Assembly: GCA_964106915.2 (NCBI GenBank)
Contig: OZ066926.1
Direction: 5' to 3' (one strand)
DNA: 64,000 nucleotides
Source of the DNA: Podarcis gaigeae
Lineage: Eukaryota
The notes under the pieces are model-generated. The model made no database searches. It was not told where the DNA came from and worked only from the letters and a program-made list of their open reading frames with translations. Shown piece by piece: positions 52,250 through 63,904 of this stretch; the first letter of the stretch is position 1; each line of letters opens with the position of its first letter. The position numbers and the translations under genes are program-made.

Positions 52250-52400
52250 GTAGTGAAAGGCAAGCTGCAACCGATGAGCAGCAGTATGGATTCCTTTCTG
52301 GTAAAGAAGGAGGTGAACGTAAATGACTCGGGCAGATACCGGTGCGATATGGCAGATTTGAAGGGAACTGTTTCTAGCTACCTTGACTTCCTAGTACAAG
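52250..52400 (+). CDS. IZUMO1: IZUMO1 coding exon 7 (Ig-like domain, C-half)
   Basis: 151 nt, phase 0-1, ttcttag/GTAAG; contains the Ig motif DSGRYRC and an N-D-S sequon. Confidence 0.9.
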
Positions 52401-53281
52401 GTAAGTTAAGTGAATATGGGGAAGAGTGGACTACGTTAAAGGGCTCAGATAACACCCCCCCAACACACACACCACGTTCAATGTACACATGTGACTACAT
52501 AGGTTAGCCCCACCACCACCACGCCACTCGCATGTGAGAAGGGTGTCTGCATACGTACTGAGTCACATGCATGGAAGGCTCCTCTATGCAAGGGGCAATC
52601 GTCAGCCCGTCATGAGCAGCGCAACTGTGCATGTGCAGAGAACCCCTCCTCACATGTGCCTAAATGAGTGGATGGCAGTGCGTGTTTGGGCACCAGGGGC
52701 ATTGGAGTTTAAGGTTATCCTACATAGTTCGCAAGGCCTCCTCATGCATTCTCAGGAGGGTGTTGATCCATTGATCCACCTAGCCCCAAACTGTCTACTC
52801 CGGCTGGCAGTAGATTTCCAAGGTCCCATAGACTTTCAGCCTGATGTTGTTTAAATGGAAATGGATAGGGAATTTTCACCTTATATGTACATTTAAAAAT
52901 ATATATATATATTGAAGCATTTTTAAAAAATTCTCTCTTTTTTTAGCCAAAAAGTCTCCCAAAGAGGCTTGCACTCTAAAGGACATGACACAAAAGGAAA
53001 AGGTATAGGAAGGCAGGCAGGCAGGCAGGCAGGCAGACAAAAAACCCTCAGGTACTATTTCTCAGCTACAGAATTCTTGTCCCATCTGTCTCTGTCTCCA
53101 ATTGCCTGATGAAATGGCTGCTGGTTGAGGAAAGAACCTGATGGAGCTGACTTTTCAATAGAGCAGATGGAGAACATGCATTTCACCGCAGAACCATGTT
53201 GCCTGCTGTAGTTATATGTCCAAAGGGATCTATCTAGTAGCCTCTGTTAAGATGAACTAGCTTTCGTTTTACTTTGCAGAG

Positions 53282-53314
53282 CTGTAGTACTGGCAAATAG
53301 CCAGCAGGGGGCAG
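53282..53314 (+). promoter_or_regulatory. CTCF motif (core plus upstream-like module)
   Basis: CTGTAGTactggcaaatagCCAGCAGGGGGCAG; motif match only. Confidence 0.55.
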
Positions 53315-54351
53315 TTGAAACTCAAGGCAAAGTATAGTAAGGCATCCCAGATAGCCATACATGCTTATGCAGAAGTATGTCCTATAGAGTTTAGTGAAAC
53401 TTATTCCTTGGTGTGTTTAGAGATGCAGCCTTATTGGACAAATCAAAATTAGATTTAACTAATTATGTCTGCATGCTTGCATTTGGCTAAATAATAGTTT
53501 TGAAAATAAAATGTATTTTATATTTGCCATTCGATGTTGCACATACAGGCAGCGACCATATTGCACACATCTAGTTGATGCGCGACCGACCAGAACAGGG
53601 TGGAATAGGCTTTTGCACACTCCACCGACATGCAGGCGGAGGTGGCCAGGAATGGAACCCCTGTGCAAAATGGTCGCTGCCTGTATGTAACAGAAGACTC
53701 CATCCTAGGTCCCCCTCCAAACTGCTGTTTCCCTGTGGGTGAATTCTGCAGCATGTTCTTGACACAATGATAGTGCACTGCTAGTAGATTCATCCTGCTT
53801 TATTATTGGTGGTATAAAAAGTTACAGGATTTCAGCAGGAAGTGACAGATTGTGCACTGATTGGAAATGAAGCCGTGCGAGCGCCCTGAAACTTTTCCAG
53901 GCACAAACATAGGATTGTGTGTGACTCCCCGCCCCCGCCCCCCCGCAACAGCATCATGAACACACAATAAAAAGGAGGTCCGGAGGAAGAAGAGACGTTC
54001 TTATCAGTGTGAGAGGGAAAGAGGATTGCCTCATCTATATATTTTAATCTTGTTTTTAAGTTGTATTTTAATCAATTGTTTTTATACCTGGTGTTAGCCG
54101 CCCTTAGCCTGGTCTTGGCTGGGGAGGGCAGAGTATAAATAAAAATTATTATTATTGTTATTATCATCTAAGATGGCACCCATCAGCCTTTATAAGAACC
54201 TACATTAAAATCTCTCTCTGTGTGTGTGTAAAATGCATTGTCCACTTAATCAGGGATGCCTTTTAAAAGGTTGTTTTAAGGGGTTTTCAACGAATTCATC
54301 TAGCTGATATTTTGATTGAAGGACCTTCTCTTTCTAATCTCTTTTCTTCAG

Positions 54352-54523
54352 TGGTGCCTGCAGTTGGGAAGACCACATGGTTCCCCCGGCCGTCACACAC
54401 AACGATGACAGTCCCCCTTGCCTTGGGGATCTCATCCAGGGCTCCACCCCCTCAAGCCGACTTCTCTGTTTGGATAGTGATTGGAGGCACAGGCGGGTTG
54501 TTTGTCTTCATCGTTCTTGCATT
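54352..54523 (+). CDS. IZUMO1: IZUMO1 coding exon 8 (Pro/Thr stalk and transmembrane helix)
   Basis: 172 nt, phase 1-2, ttcttcag/GTGAGT; ...FSVWIVIGGTGGLFVFIVLA hydrophobic segment. Confidence 0.85.
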
Positions 54524-55126
54524 GTGAGTCATGGGGGGCTGGTATGGTACCCCAAGGGTGACTGGTAATAGGTTAACACTAGGGTACGCCAGGTCCACCC
54601 CTCCATCTTGAGAGCCTCTGTTCCCAAATGCCCTCTTTTGGAAATAACACAATGCCCTACTCAGCAGGCCAGCTGGCACCTTTGAGGTTGCACCACCATC
54701 CCAGAGGGCTAAAAGATGGACATATGGATATAGACTGCCACCAGGTGTTTGTGCACGTGTGTGTGTGTGGATGGAGAGGTACACATAGCATTGTATAAGG
54801 CGAGAGTGGGGAATGCCTGGTAAACTCTCTGTAAGATGATCAGTAACGGCAGAAAAGCTCCCTCAGATCCTATCAAATGGACAGCAAAAAATGTTGGATT
54901 GCATTCCCAGTGGGAGCCACCTCAGATTCAAGCCTTGTGTCAGGTCTGTTCATGCTAAGCAGCTTCCCAGAATCCTTTGCAAGATATTTGGGCTCCATGA
55001 CACATACATAGAGTTTCGTGAGTGGTCAAAGCCCTGAGGAAAGCATTCTCTGACGCTAGAAAGTTTGAAATCTGCTGACTGAGTCTCTAATTCTTTCTTG
55101 CTCCATAACCCCTTTTAACTTTGTAG

Positions 55127-55226
55127 CCTGTTTGCTTACTTTCGTCGTAAGAAGGGGGAAGAAGATGAGGAAGATGATGACGATGATGAAAGTGAGAGTG
55201 GATCATCAGAGCTGGTGGCAATGTGA
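55127..55226 (+). CDS. IZUMO1: IZUMO1 coding exon 9 (end of TM, cytoplasmic tail, stop)
   Basis: tttgtag acceptor in phase 2 gives FLFAYF-RRKK-GEEDEEDDDDDESESGSSELVAM*; total CDS 1017 nt = 338 aa. Confidence 0.8.
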
Positions 55227-57115
55227 AGTCTCAGTCATCCCCCCCCCCCCCTTCAAGTTCTTCAGACACAGATTCCTGCCCACAGGCGCTCTTATATTGT
55301 AGTAGCTGGTCTACTTTATTTATTTAACAGTAATTGATAAAGATAGTGGATATCTTTTAATAGATAAAAGCTTCTCTTGGGTTCTGTGGGAGAGTATGAA
55401 GATGGCATCAGGAAGACATAACTTTCAGGGCTCCGAGGTGGCTTGCAAACAGCTTCCACACAACCTGTCTGGTGAACCTTCAGCCTGAATTATTTGCAAA
55501 TAAGCTGGTCAGGGTTGAGTTTGCTATTTAACAACATTCATCCCGATTTGTTTATGGGGAGACGGATGCAACGTTGCCTAATCAATCCCACATTATTTGA
55601 CCTCATTCCTTTATTGCGAGGTCCATTATTTTGAGGAAGGAGGTTTGTTGCACAAGAGCTCCAAATCAGGTTTAATTCCTTAGCCTGAATTTGCTGGAAT
55701 GTGATTGAATCCCAGTCCACGATTGTTGACAGTCTGCAAGTGCCCTTGATGTGCTTACTGGGGAGGACTAAAAGTTTGGAAAGGGGGAAACCATTGACCC
55801 AGATGGAGCAATGTAGGAAGCACGTAATGTTGCCTTTTCCCTCTGAGGAACAGTAGCTTTAAGGAAAAACGGTGGGTGGGGAAGAAGTGCCCAACCCTTT
55901 CCCCACTGTTTTTCCGGTCTAAATTCCTCCTCATAACTATAATGCTTGGGGCAGTGGCAGAGAGCAAATGGGTCTGTCTGATATTTATTTACTGTTTTAT
56001 GGGAAAGGAGGGCAAACCATGGTGAGTTCCATTAAGACAGATGTGGGGCACCTGTGGCCCTCCAGATGTTGCTTAATTACAACTTCCATTAACATCCAGA
56101 AGCCAAAAGTCCTCCACGCCTGCATTATTAAGGGGACTGAAAGTCAGAATTTGAGTTCTTTGAAAGCAGACAGGAAAGATCTACAGAGGTCTACAGTACA
56201 AGGAGCCTGGAAACCAGGGCTATAGAAAGACCCGGGTGCACAGGGAGTGCAAGTCCCAGCAGGATTAAGACTGGCCGTGGATGGAGCTGAAAAATCTATC
56301 CAAAGTAGGACTGGAACAAGGAGAGGAACCAGCAGGCTATCTGAGGAGTGGAACCATAATCGGACCTAGGAAGATTATATGGAGCCTACTTTTTCCACTC
56401 TCCTGCCCCATGTACTCACCCATAAGACGTGGCGTTGCAACAGACCAGGGGGCTGCTGCCTTCTTTTCCTGGCTGATCCCAACACTTCTTGGGTGTTGTG
56501 CATGATTTCTCCAGGCTTACTGAGTTTCTCCTCCACACAAGCCCTGTACAGCGCCTTGAACCAACCTAAGCCAATTCCACGAGGGTATTATAAAATGCAA
56601 CAACGACAATCCACCTGTATTTGAGGCAGCGAGAAATGGTGTTTATTTGGAGACGGCAGGCGATGGAAGGTGATGATGGTTACAATGCTGAAGGTCTCTG
56701 TGTTGGAAGAACAGGGTACACACATGGCTATCTTCCTTGCCAGGCTTAACTTGGTGGCTTTTTCCATGGCAGCTTTTCTGCTTGTGGAGAACAATCAGCT
56801 GGATGATTTTTAAATACGCAGAACCCCACAATTCTGCATGCTGAACGCCAAGGACCCTGCCTCCCGCATCTTATGACTGGTTTTCCCTAGCCGATGAGTT
56901 GCCATGTCACACCCATTCCACACATTCCAAGCACATTCCATCCCCAGAAAAAGAATCCTGGGAATGGCAGCTACAATTCCCAGTACCCTTAAACTATGGT
57001 TCCCAGGATTCTTTGGGGGGAGGAACCATGTGTGTTAAATGTATGATGTTACCAGGAGGGCAAAGTCACAGGCAGATGCCTTGTGTGCACTGTTGGCTCT
57101 CAGGCAACAGGAGTA

Positions 57116-57355
57116 CAATGGAACCTTGGTTCAAGAACTGCTCCATTCCCAAACGTTTCGGCTTCCGAACATCGAAAACCCGGAAGTAAGTGTTGCGTTT
57201 TCGAACGTTCCTCAGAATCCAAACGTCCAACGCGGCTTCCGATCTGCAAAAAGCCTAGCTGTCAGCTAGCTGGAAGCTGCACCTCGGAATTTGAACGTTT
57301 CAGAAGTCGAACGTCCTTCCGGAATGGATTACGTTCGACTTCCGAGGTTCCACTG
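57116..57355. mobile_element. Tc1/mariner-type MITE
   Basis: TA-CAATGGAACCT ... AGGTTCCACTG-TA. Confidence 0.75.
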
Positions 57356-58077
57356 TATCTGCTTTGAAGTGGGTGTTTCTTTAATGCCTACACTCTCAAA
57401 CTGCTTTCACTTTCATACAATGCAGCTTGGCAAGTCAACAGTGTGGACAGTACAGAAGTGAAAGTGTTTTACAGCTGAAATGGCTGGTGCAGCAAACTGT
57501 TCTGAGGTTACAGACAGAGGTACATAAAAAAAGAGGACCCAGCACTCTTTGACCACTGCGGGGGGAGAGCTCAGCTTCCCTCTGCCTTTGCTCTTCAAAT
57601 TATGGGGAATGCAAATTTTCTTGGCAGTTTTGGCCCTCTCCTGCATGCTTCTGGTATACGGTGTCTTTTTTTCTTACTACAGTTATACACGTATGTATGT
57701 ATATGTGTGCATGCATGCATGCATTAAAACCTGAGGCTGAAAGGCTGCTCTGGGGAGGGGAAGCTATACTTACAATGTCATAGGTGCCCAGCCTGTCTGC
57801 ACAGCCCCTTCTACTTCAAAGCAGTAAAAGTTATTTCCCCTGCACTTGGTCCTCAAGAGAATATCATTTGTGTGAGACAAGACCGGGGTGAGTCCGCTTT
57901 CTGCAACAGAGTGGGTCCTGTTTTTATGTAGGTCTAGTAGTTTGAGAGTATAGCTGCAGCAGGCACACCATAATAGTCTATGTTTGCTTTGAAATGTTTG
58001 GCAATATTATCTCAGTTTAACTTGTCATACCTTCTTCCAAAAACTCCAGAGAAACACAGGGCTCATCCACACTGATT

Positions 58078-58412
58078 GGGGTATTCTAACAGAGAATTTC
58101 CTCTGCTATCACCAAACTAAGGACTTATTATTCACACTTCTGTTTGTCTCATGATTTCTAAGCAAGAGTCTGGGAGGTTTTTTCTTTGCCAGTTTCCCCA
58201 GGAAAACCTGCTGTTCACTGCTGAATCGGAACAAACGCCAATTGGGTTTTCAGCAGATTGACTTTGTTCTGATTGGGCAGTAAACAGGGCGCTTTGCTGG
58301 GGAAACCGGCAAGACAAAAGAAAAACCTCTCAGACCCGTGCCTAGAAATCATGGGGCAAACAGATAAGTCCTTAGCTTGGTGAGAGCGGTGGAAATTCTC
58401 TGTTAGAATACC
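58078..58412. mobile_element. Foldback/palindromic MITE (possibly PIF/Harbinger-like)
   Basis: GGGTATTCTAACAGAGAATTTCC ... GGAAATTCTCTGTTAGAATACCC; arms stay complementary almost to the centre. Confidence 0.75.
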
Positions 58413-59806
58413 CTGGGCCAGTCTCACAGAACCATTTTCAGGGATTCCAGTAAAGATGGAACGGCTATAAATTAAAGCAGAATTAAGCCTTTGCTTAGAT
58501 GTTTCCACATGAGCAGTTTCCATAGCTGTGCCCGGATCCTGCCACAAGCCCATTGACCTAAATGTCCCAGCAACCTTTGGCTACTAGGATATGAGCCACC
58601 ACTACCATCATCTCCCTTGTGAAAACAGATCCCTCCATATCCAGCTCCCTTTGGGAGCTTTCCCACCCCCGCACCCCCAGACCAAAAAGAAGTGGTCCTG
58701 AGCCCTGTGTCTGCATATGCACCCTCTACTTCGCAACACCAAGTAAGAAAGACAGTAAGGGTTAGAATGGCACGAGCGGTTGAAGCTGCATTTCGCCCTT
58801 CCAATCCCATCTCTTTGAGCAGCCACAAAAGATGGTTCGGTCCCCAACACAGATGTTTTCCTCCCTCCCGCTCCCCCCCCCCCCGCTTTCAGTAAAACTT
58901 GAGGTTGCCACTGCTGGTGTGGCCCATTCAGAGCAGCCCCAGGAAATCTTAGCTTCTCCCCCGTTGTGCCAGGGGCTTGAGATGGCACAATCCAAATTCT
59001 TTTGGAGCTGGCACTTCCTCTGTTTAACTCAATAAAATGATGGTATCTCCCCACACCAAGATAGAACCTGCATTTCTCATCCTAAGCCAGCGTGCATCTA
59101 GATCTATGGGGCCACGGAGATGTGTGCAGAGCTGGTGTTGTTCTCACGGTTCAACTGAGCCAACATGACCTCTTGAAGATGCTTTGAGGGTAGACCACGG
59201 CACTTCCTGTTCTATTAATGACTTCTGGAGTTGAAACGATGCAGGCCTCCAAGGTTCAATGTAGTGTAACCCATATGCCAAAGCTTTCATTCAAGATGGC
59301 TTCCAAAGTTGTTAAGAACCCAGGTTCCAGGGAAGGTGGTGTTGAAAACTGGTGCCCTTCCAAACCATTTTTTTTTTTTAGAACTGCTTCACAGTGGCAT
59401 GGTAGAAAGGCACACATTTTAATTCATCTCCTCGATGTCTTGAACCATTCCAATGCAGCAGGCTGGCTGGACCACTGTCCTTGCAAATATTGGTTTCATC
59501 CATCTCAAGCTAGAGACATCACTGAGGACAGCAAAGGGTTTCTGGGGCTGTTGGGCCATTGAAGATGAGATGCCTGGTGCTGACACAACCCAAACATCAG
59601 GGTGCTTAATTCTTCTAAGAGAGCAACTGGACTTGGCATGAACTGAAACAAAACCACCCGTGACGATGCTTGACGTTAAACCGCTCTCTCGTTCTCACCC
59701 ATTCAAGGTGGTACCCAGTGCCGGCAAGGCCTTGCAGGGCATGCAGAGGATTATCCCCCTTTCCCTCCAGGCCTTGGGGTCTCCGAATGGGCTGCTAGCA
59801 CCCCGC

Positions 59807-60243
59807 CTACCACTGCTCCACCATTAAGTCTATCATGTGGTTGACGCCAAGGTCGGCTGAATCAAAGAAGTCCGTGCAGAAGATGCTGCCCCCAACAGGA
59901 CTGGTGGAGCCGAGGCCTGATGCTGAGCCCGAGGTCAAGGCCTCTAGCCAATCAACCGGGTCAAACCCAGCATGGGCACCGTTTCCTTGCCAGGCATCTG
60001 GGGGAGATGGGGGCATCTCCAGAGAGTCAGGGGAGAAAACAGAGGACAGTGAGTCCAGCGACGCAGAGGAAGAGGAGGCCGTCGAGAGGAAGTCGTAGGG
60101 ACCAGGAAAATCAAAGATGGCTGAGGTCACCAAGGGAGGTTCGCTGCTGGGCCGCGGTTTCTTTGGTGGTGACGCTTCTTGCGGGGATGGGGCAACTCGA
60201 TCAGGGACTTCTGGGTTCAAGGCAGGTGCTTGAAGAAGGTCAC
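59807..60243 (-). CDS. MAMSTR: MAMSTR last coding exon (transactivation region)
   Basis: ctccag acceptor, phase 1; DFPGPYDFLS...SLSSVFS...DWLEALTSG...SIF.TD...QW* matches the MAMSTR C-terminus. Confidence 0.9.
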
Positions 60244-60645
60244 CTGGAGCAGATGAGGAAAAAAGGGATATAACTTGGCACAGCAGCACACCTACCGTGT
60301 CCTCCTAACCCTGAGCTCGTTCAGATCTAAGCGACACAACCTGTTTCTGTGTCAGGACTTTGCACTGGAAGGCATGGCTAACAATGGCTTTGGGCATGTG
60401 CAGAATGCCTGCCGCTCACCATTGAGTAACCAACAATCCTGCCCCACCTGTCTGGGGTTCGGGGGTTATATTTCCAGGGCAGAGAATATGATTCTGAAGC
60501 AGGGCTTGAGCCCCAGATTCCTAGTCTTCTGAAAAAAAATGTATCATTGCCCCATTGGCTCCATTCTTGGAGCTTCTCCAATAGCAAATTGTGGTTTACG
60601 GCTGCCCCCTACCGGTAAGTTGGGTTACGGGGGCCATTTCCTCAC

Positions 60646-60700
60646 CTGAACACATCAGTGGTTCCTCTAAGATATCTTCGATCGATTGGCTTGGCACCAG
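60646..60700 (-). CDS. MAMSTR: MAMSTR coding exon
   Basis: 55 nt, phase 0-1; LVPSQSIEDILEEPLMCS corresponds to human LLPNRGIDDILED. Confidence 0.85.
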
Positions 60701-60812
60701 CTGCAGACAGGGAAGGGAAAAGAAGAGCAGTTACAAAGGGAGCCTTCACCAAGCCCAGCCATTCAGCCAGCTCTGGGGCAGGGTCCTTTTTTTGTACGGG
60801 GGTCTTCTATGC

Positions 60813-60948
60813 CAGTGTTTCCCAACCTTGGGCCTCCAGCTGTTTTTGGACTACAACTCCCATCATCCCTAGCTAGCAAGACCAGTGGTCAGGGATGATG
60901 GGAATTGTAGTTCAAAAACAGCTGGAGGCCCAAGGTTGGGAAACACTG
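60813..60948. mobile_element. Palindromic hAT-type MITE
   Basis: CAGTGTTTCCCAACCTTGGGCC...GGCCCAAGGTTGGGAAACACTG with perfect 8-bp TSD TTCTATGC; decayed relatives near 11430, 17950, 33220, 34345 and 50500. Confidence 0.85.
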
Positions 60949-61132
60949 TTCTATGCTGTGATGAGTTTCAGGCAGAGGGCAAGCTCAATATGGCCTAGGA
61001 AGGAGCTCATCCCATAAATTTGTTTTCAAGACTTCAGACATGTGGGATAATTATAATTAAAAAGGAGAAGAGTTCCTCGGTGCATGTGCAGAGTTTGGAG
61101 AAGCCCAGCTGGGCCTCCTCGCCCCACAGTAC

Positions 61133-61270
61133 CTGAGCTTTCTGGATGGCTTCTTGGAGCTCCTCCTCCAGGGAACGGGTTCCTGGGGCAGGGTCCGGGG
61201 GGCTGGCTGTTATTTCAAGGGGCAGCTCCATATCAGAATTAATCGGCTCACAGGAGGCAGGGCACAAAAC
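61133..61270 (-). CDS. MAMSTR: MAMSTR coding exon
   Basis: 138 nt, phase 0-0; ends SLEEELQEAIQKAQ (human TLEEELQEAIRRAQ). Confidence 0.88.
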
Positions 61271-61879
61271 CTAGCAGGAAAATGGAGGAAATACAAAGTC
61301 TAGCGTTTTCTGCCCCCGACAAAAGCCCTCCTTGCTACCAGCCCCACTGATGCTACCCAACCAGGGCTAAAGTGGACTTCTCTTAAAATGTCCAATGCTC
61401 ATTGGTTAGCAGCTCATTGGGTGATACGCCCCACAAGCCCCCAAACTAAGCCCTGCCACATGCATGCACATGCAAACATGTGCCTCTGTGGCAAAGATTT
61501 TTTTGGCCTAAGCCTTAGGGCTGCCAGCTGCTGACCTTTAATGCCTAAGTTATCTGAGGCAACAGGGAGACAATTTGGTTTTTGCCCCCACCCCTTGCTA
61601 GGAGACACCATTAGCAAAAGGTGCTACCTTAGCCATCCCTACTTTTTTGAGCAACAGATTAAGATGGGGAAACAAGCAAACCAGTACTCCCCTAGCAGAT
61701 AAAGAAAAGCCCAGTTTGTTCATCTTAATCCTGGAAAAAACAAACACAAAGTTCATAGGATACAGCTCTGTATCAGCTGATCTAGCCATAATGTTCTCTA
61801 GAACACTTGGGGGTTTGAATTTAGAGAACAGATGACAGTGGTGGGGGTGAGGCCATGGCATGTGGTGCATATTATGCAT

Positions 61880-62090
61880 GTTATGGAGAGAAGGTGCTTT
61901 TCTCTCTACCATAATACTAGAACTTAGGGTCACCCACTGAGACTGGCAGTAGATTCAGGATGAAATAAAGGAAGTCCTTCTTTACACTCACACAAATGCA
62001 CAATTAACTTGTGGAACTCCCTGCCACAGGATGTGGTCATGCCCATAACGACTTTAAAAGTAGATTAGATAAATCCATGGATTGTTCCAC
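61880..62090 (+). mobile_element. Degenerate CR1 LINE 3' end
   Basis: gaacttagggtcacc..gattcagga..aaggaagtccttcttta..aacttgtggaactccctgccacaggatgtggt..tttaaaagtagattagataaat. Confidence 0.7.
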
Positions 62091-62224
62091 AGCTATTAAA
62101 CCTGCTGAAGCCCAAGGTTGCAGCCTAAAAGGATGGAGTCTCCATGTTCAAATGCACCTGAATCCAGCGGGAAGAGGGGCTGTTGCACTCATTTCCTGTT
62201 TCCCAGAGCATCTGGTTTGCTACC

Positions 62225-63317
62225 TGTTCAATTGTCTGGTTATCCATCCTCCAGCTGTACTGTCTGTGTTTCCTTGCAAAAACCATAATTTTGGTTTTCT
62301 GATAGTTTATTACCAGTTGCTCTCTCCTGCAGTATGCTGAAAATTCACCTATGAGCCTATTTAAGCCTATTCTTGTTCGAGATAGGAGTATCGCATCATC
62401 AGCATACAAAAGTACTGATATTGATTTGTCAGCCAGTTTGGGGGCGTGGAAGTCCGGAGATGACAAACAATTAACCATATCATTGATGTAAAAGTTGAAT
62501 AAAACTGGGGCCAAGATGCAACCTTGCTTGACCCCCTTGCAGACAGGAACTGGTCCTATAAGATGGCCATTTGACGAAGTTCTTACATGCAGCACCGTGT
62601 CTTTATATAAACAGCTGATCAGAAATAATAGTCTTTTGTCTATACTTGATGTGCTCAATTTATCCCAGAGTCTTGCACGTGGAATTGAATCGAAAGCAGC
62701 CTTTAGATCGATAAAGGCTGCATATAGCACCCCACGGGATTTTTTGGCATATTTGTCAATTAAATAGGCTAGGGTGAAGCAATGGTCTATGGTGGACCTG
62801 CCTTGCCTGAAACCCGCTTGCTCTTCCGCTAGAATAGCTTCAGTTTCGAGCCAGCTAGTTAGCTTAATATAAAGATGTTTGGCATATAGTTTGCTGGGTA
62901 TAGGCAGAAGACTGATTGGTCTATAACTCGCCGGGTCTGGCATAGGTCCTTTTTTATAGATTGGAATAACTATTGCCTCAGTCCAACCATCTGGGAGTAA
63001 ACCCGTTGAGTCGATCCAAGAAAATAAAGACGCCAGCAGGGGGGCCCACCAGCCAATGTTGGACTTCAGAAGTTCGGCAGGGATGTAGTCATTCCCTGGG
63101 GCCTTGTTGTTCTTTAATTGTGCGATTAAGTTCTCAACTTCCTTTACAGTTACTGGTGGCCAATGAGGTAGGTCCTCCAATTGAATACATAATTTGTAGT
63201 GTTGGGCTTCCTGGTCATAGAACAAAGATTGAAAATGGCGCAACCACTCCATTGGTTCCACTGTACAGATGGAATTAGTACGCTCCTGGTCCAGTAGACC
63301 AGATATGGTTCGCCAAA
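62225..63317 (-). mobile_element. Non-LTR retrotransposon reverse transcriptase fragment (RTE/RTEX-like; clade uncertain)
   Basis: Open frame with KAPGND, YRPISLL, QAGFR, FIDLKAAFDS, GVKQGCILAP and YADD motifs; flanked by 15-bp direct repeat ATCTGGTTTGCTACC. Confidence 0.9.
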
Positions 63318-63511
63318 ATCTGGTTTGCTACCATGGGGAGCAGAATGCTGTGGACGTTTTTATGGCCCAGCAGCCCTCTAGAATTGCAAATCTAAGGTGG
63401 CCTCTCTCCCAGCTCTTTGCTCTAATCCATTGGGATAATCTCCTTCACACAGGCAACCCAGGAGGCCCCTCACTCTCTTTTGGATCAGCTAGAGAATGCT
63501 TGTTTGCTCAC

Positions 63512-63904
63512 CATGAAGCCATCTTCCGTGCCTCCTCCCTCCTTGGCGCATTCTCTCTTGGGGATATAGGGCGGAGGTGCCCCCTGCTGGCCGTGGGGCA
63601 GTAGTGCTCCCTTGCGGCGGTTCTTGATCCGTTTGTGCATCTCCAGCTCCACTCGGAGGCCGTCGTCATGGTGTTTCTGCTCCCGGTGGAGTTTCAGCGC
63701 CAGGCTCTCAGCTACCCGCTGCTTCTCCCGCAGGGCCTGGGCCTCCTCCTCTAGGTCGGAGGGTGACAAGCGGGCACTGGAGAGCGGGACAGGTGGGGGC
63801 TTGGCCCTGGCCACCTGGTAAGGCTTGAGGCGCTCCAGCAGGGCTGGCTTGGTGCCAGAAACAGGGAGGCCCCGCTTCCGGAGCTGCTGGCGGAGTTCGG
63901 AGAC
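63512..63904 (-). CDS. MAMSTR: MAMSTR coding exon (SAP domain and coiled coil)
   Basis: 393 nt, phase 0-0, tcccag/GTGAG; VSELRQQLRKRGLPVSGTKPALLERL is a myocardin-family SAP domain; upstream exons lie beyond the window. Confidence 0.9.

Noticed and set aside
62125-63261. RT ORF as a domesticated gene or a retron/DGR-like system
   Set aside because: Motifs are those of non-LTR retrotransposons; it is bounded by a TSD, and its C-terminal ~30 aa come from flanking repeat DNA
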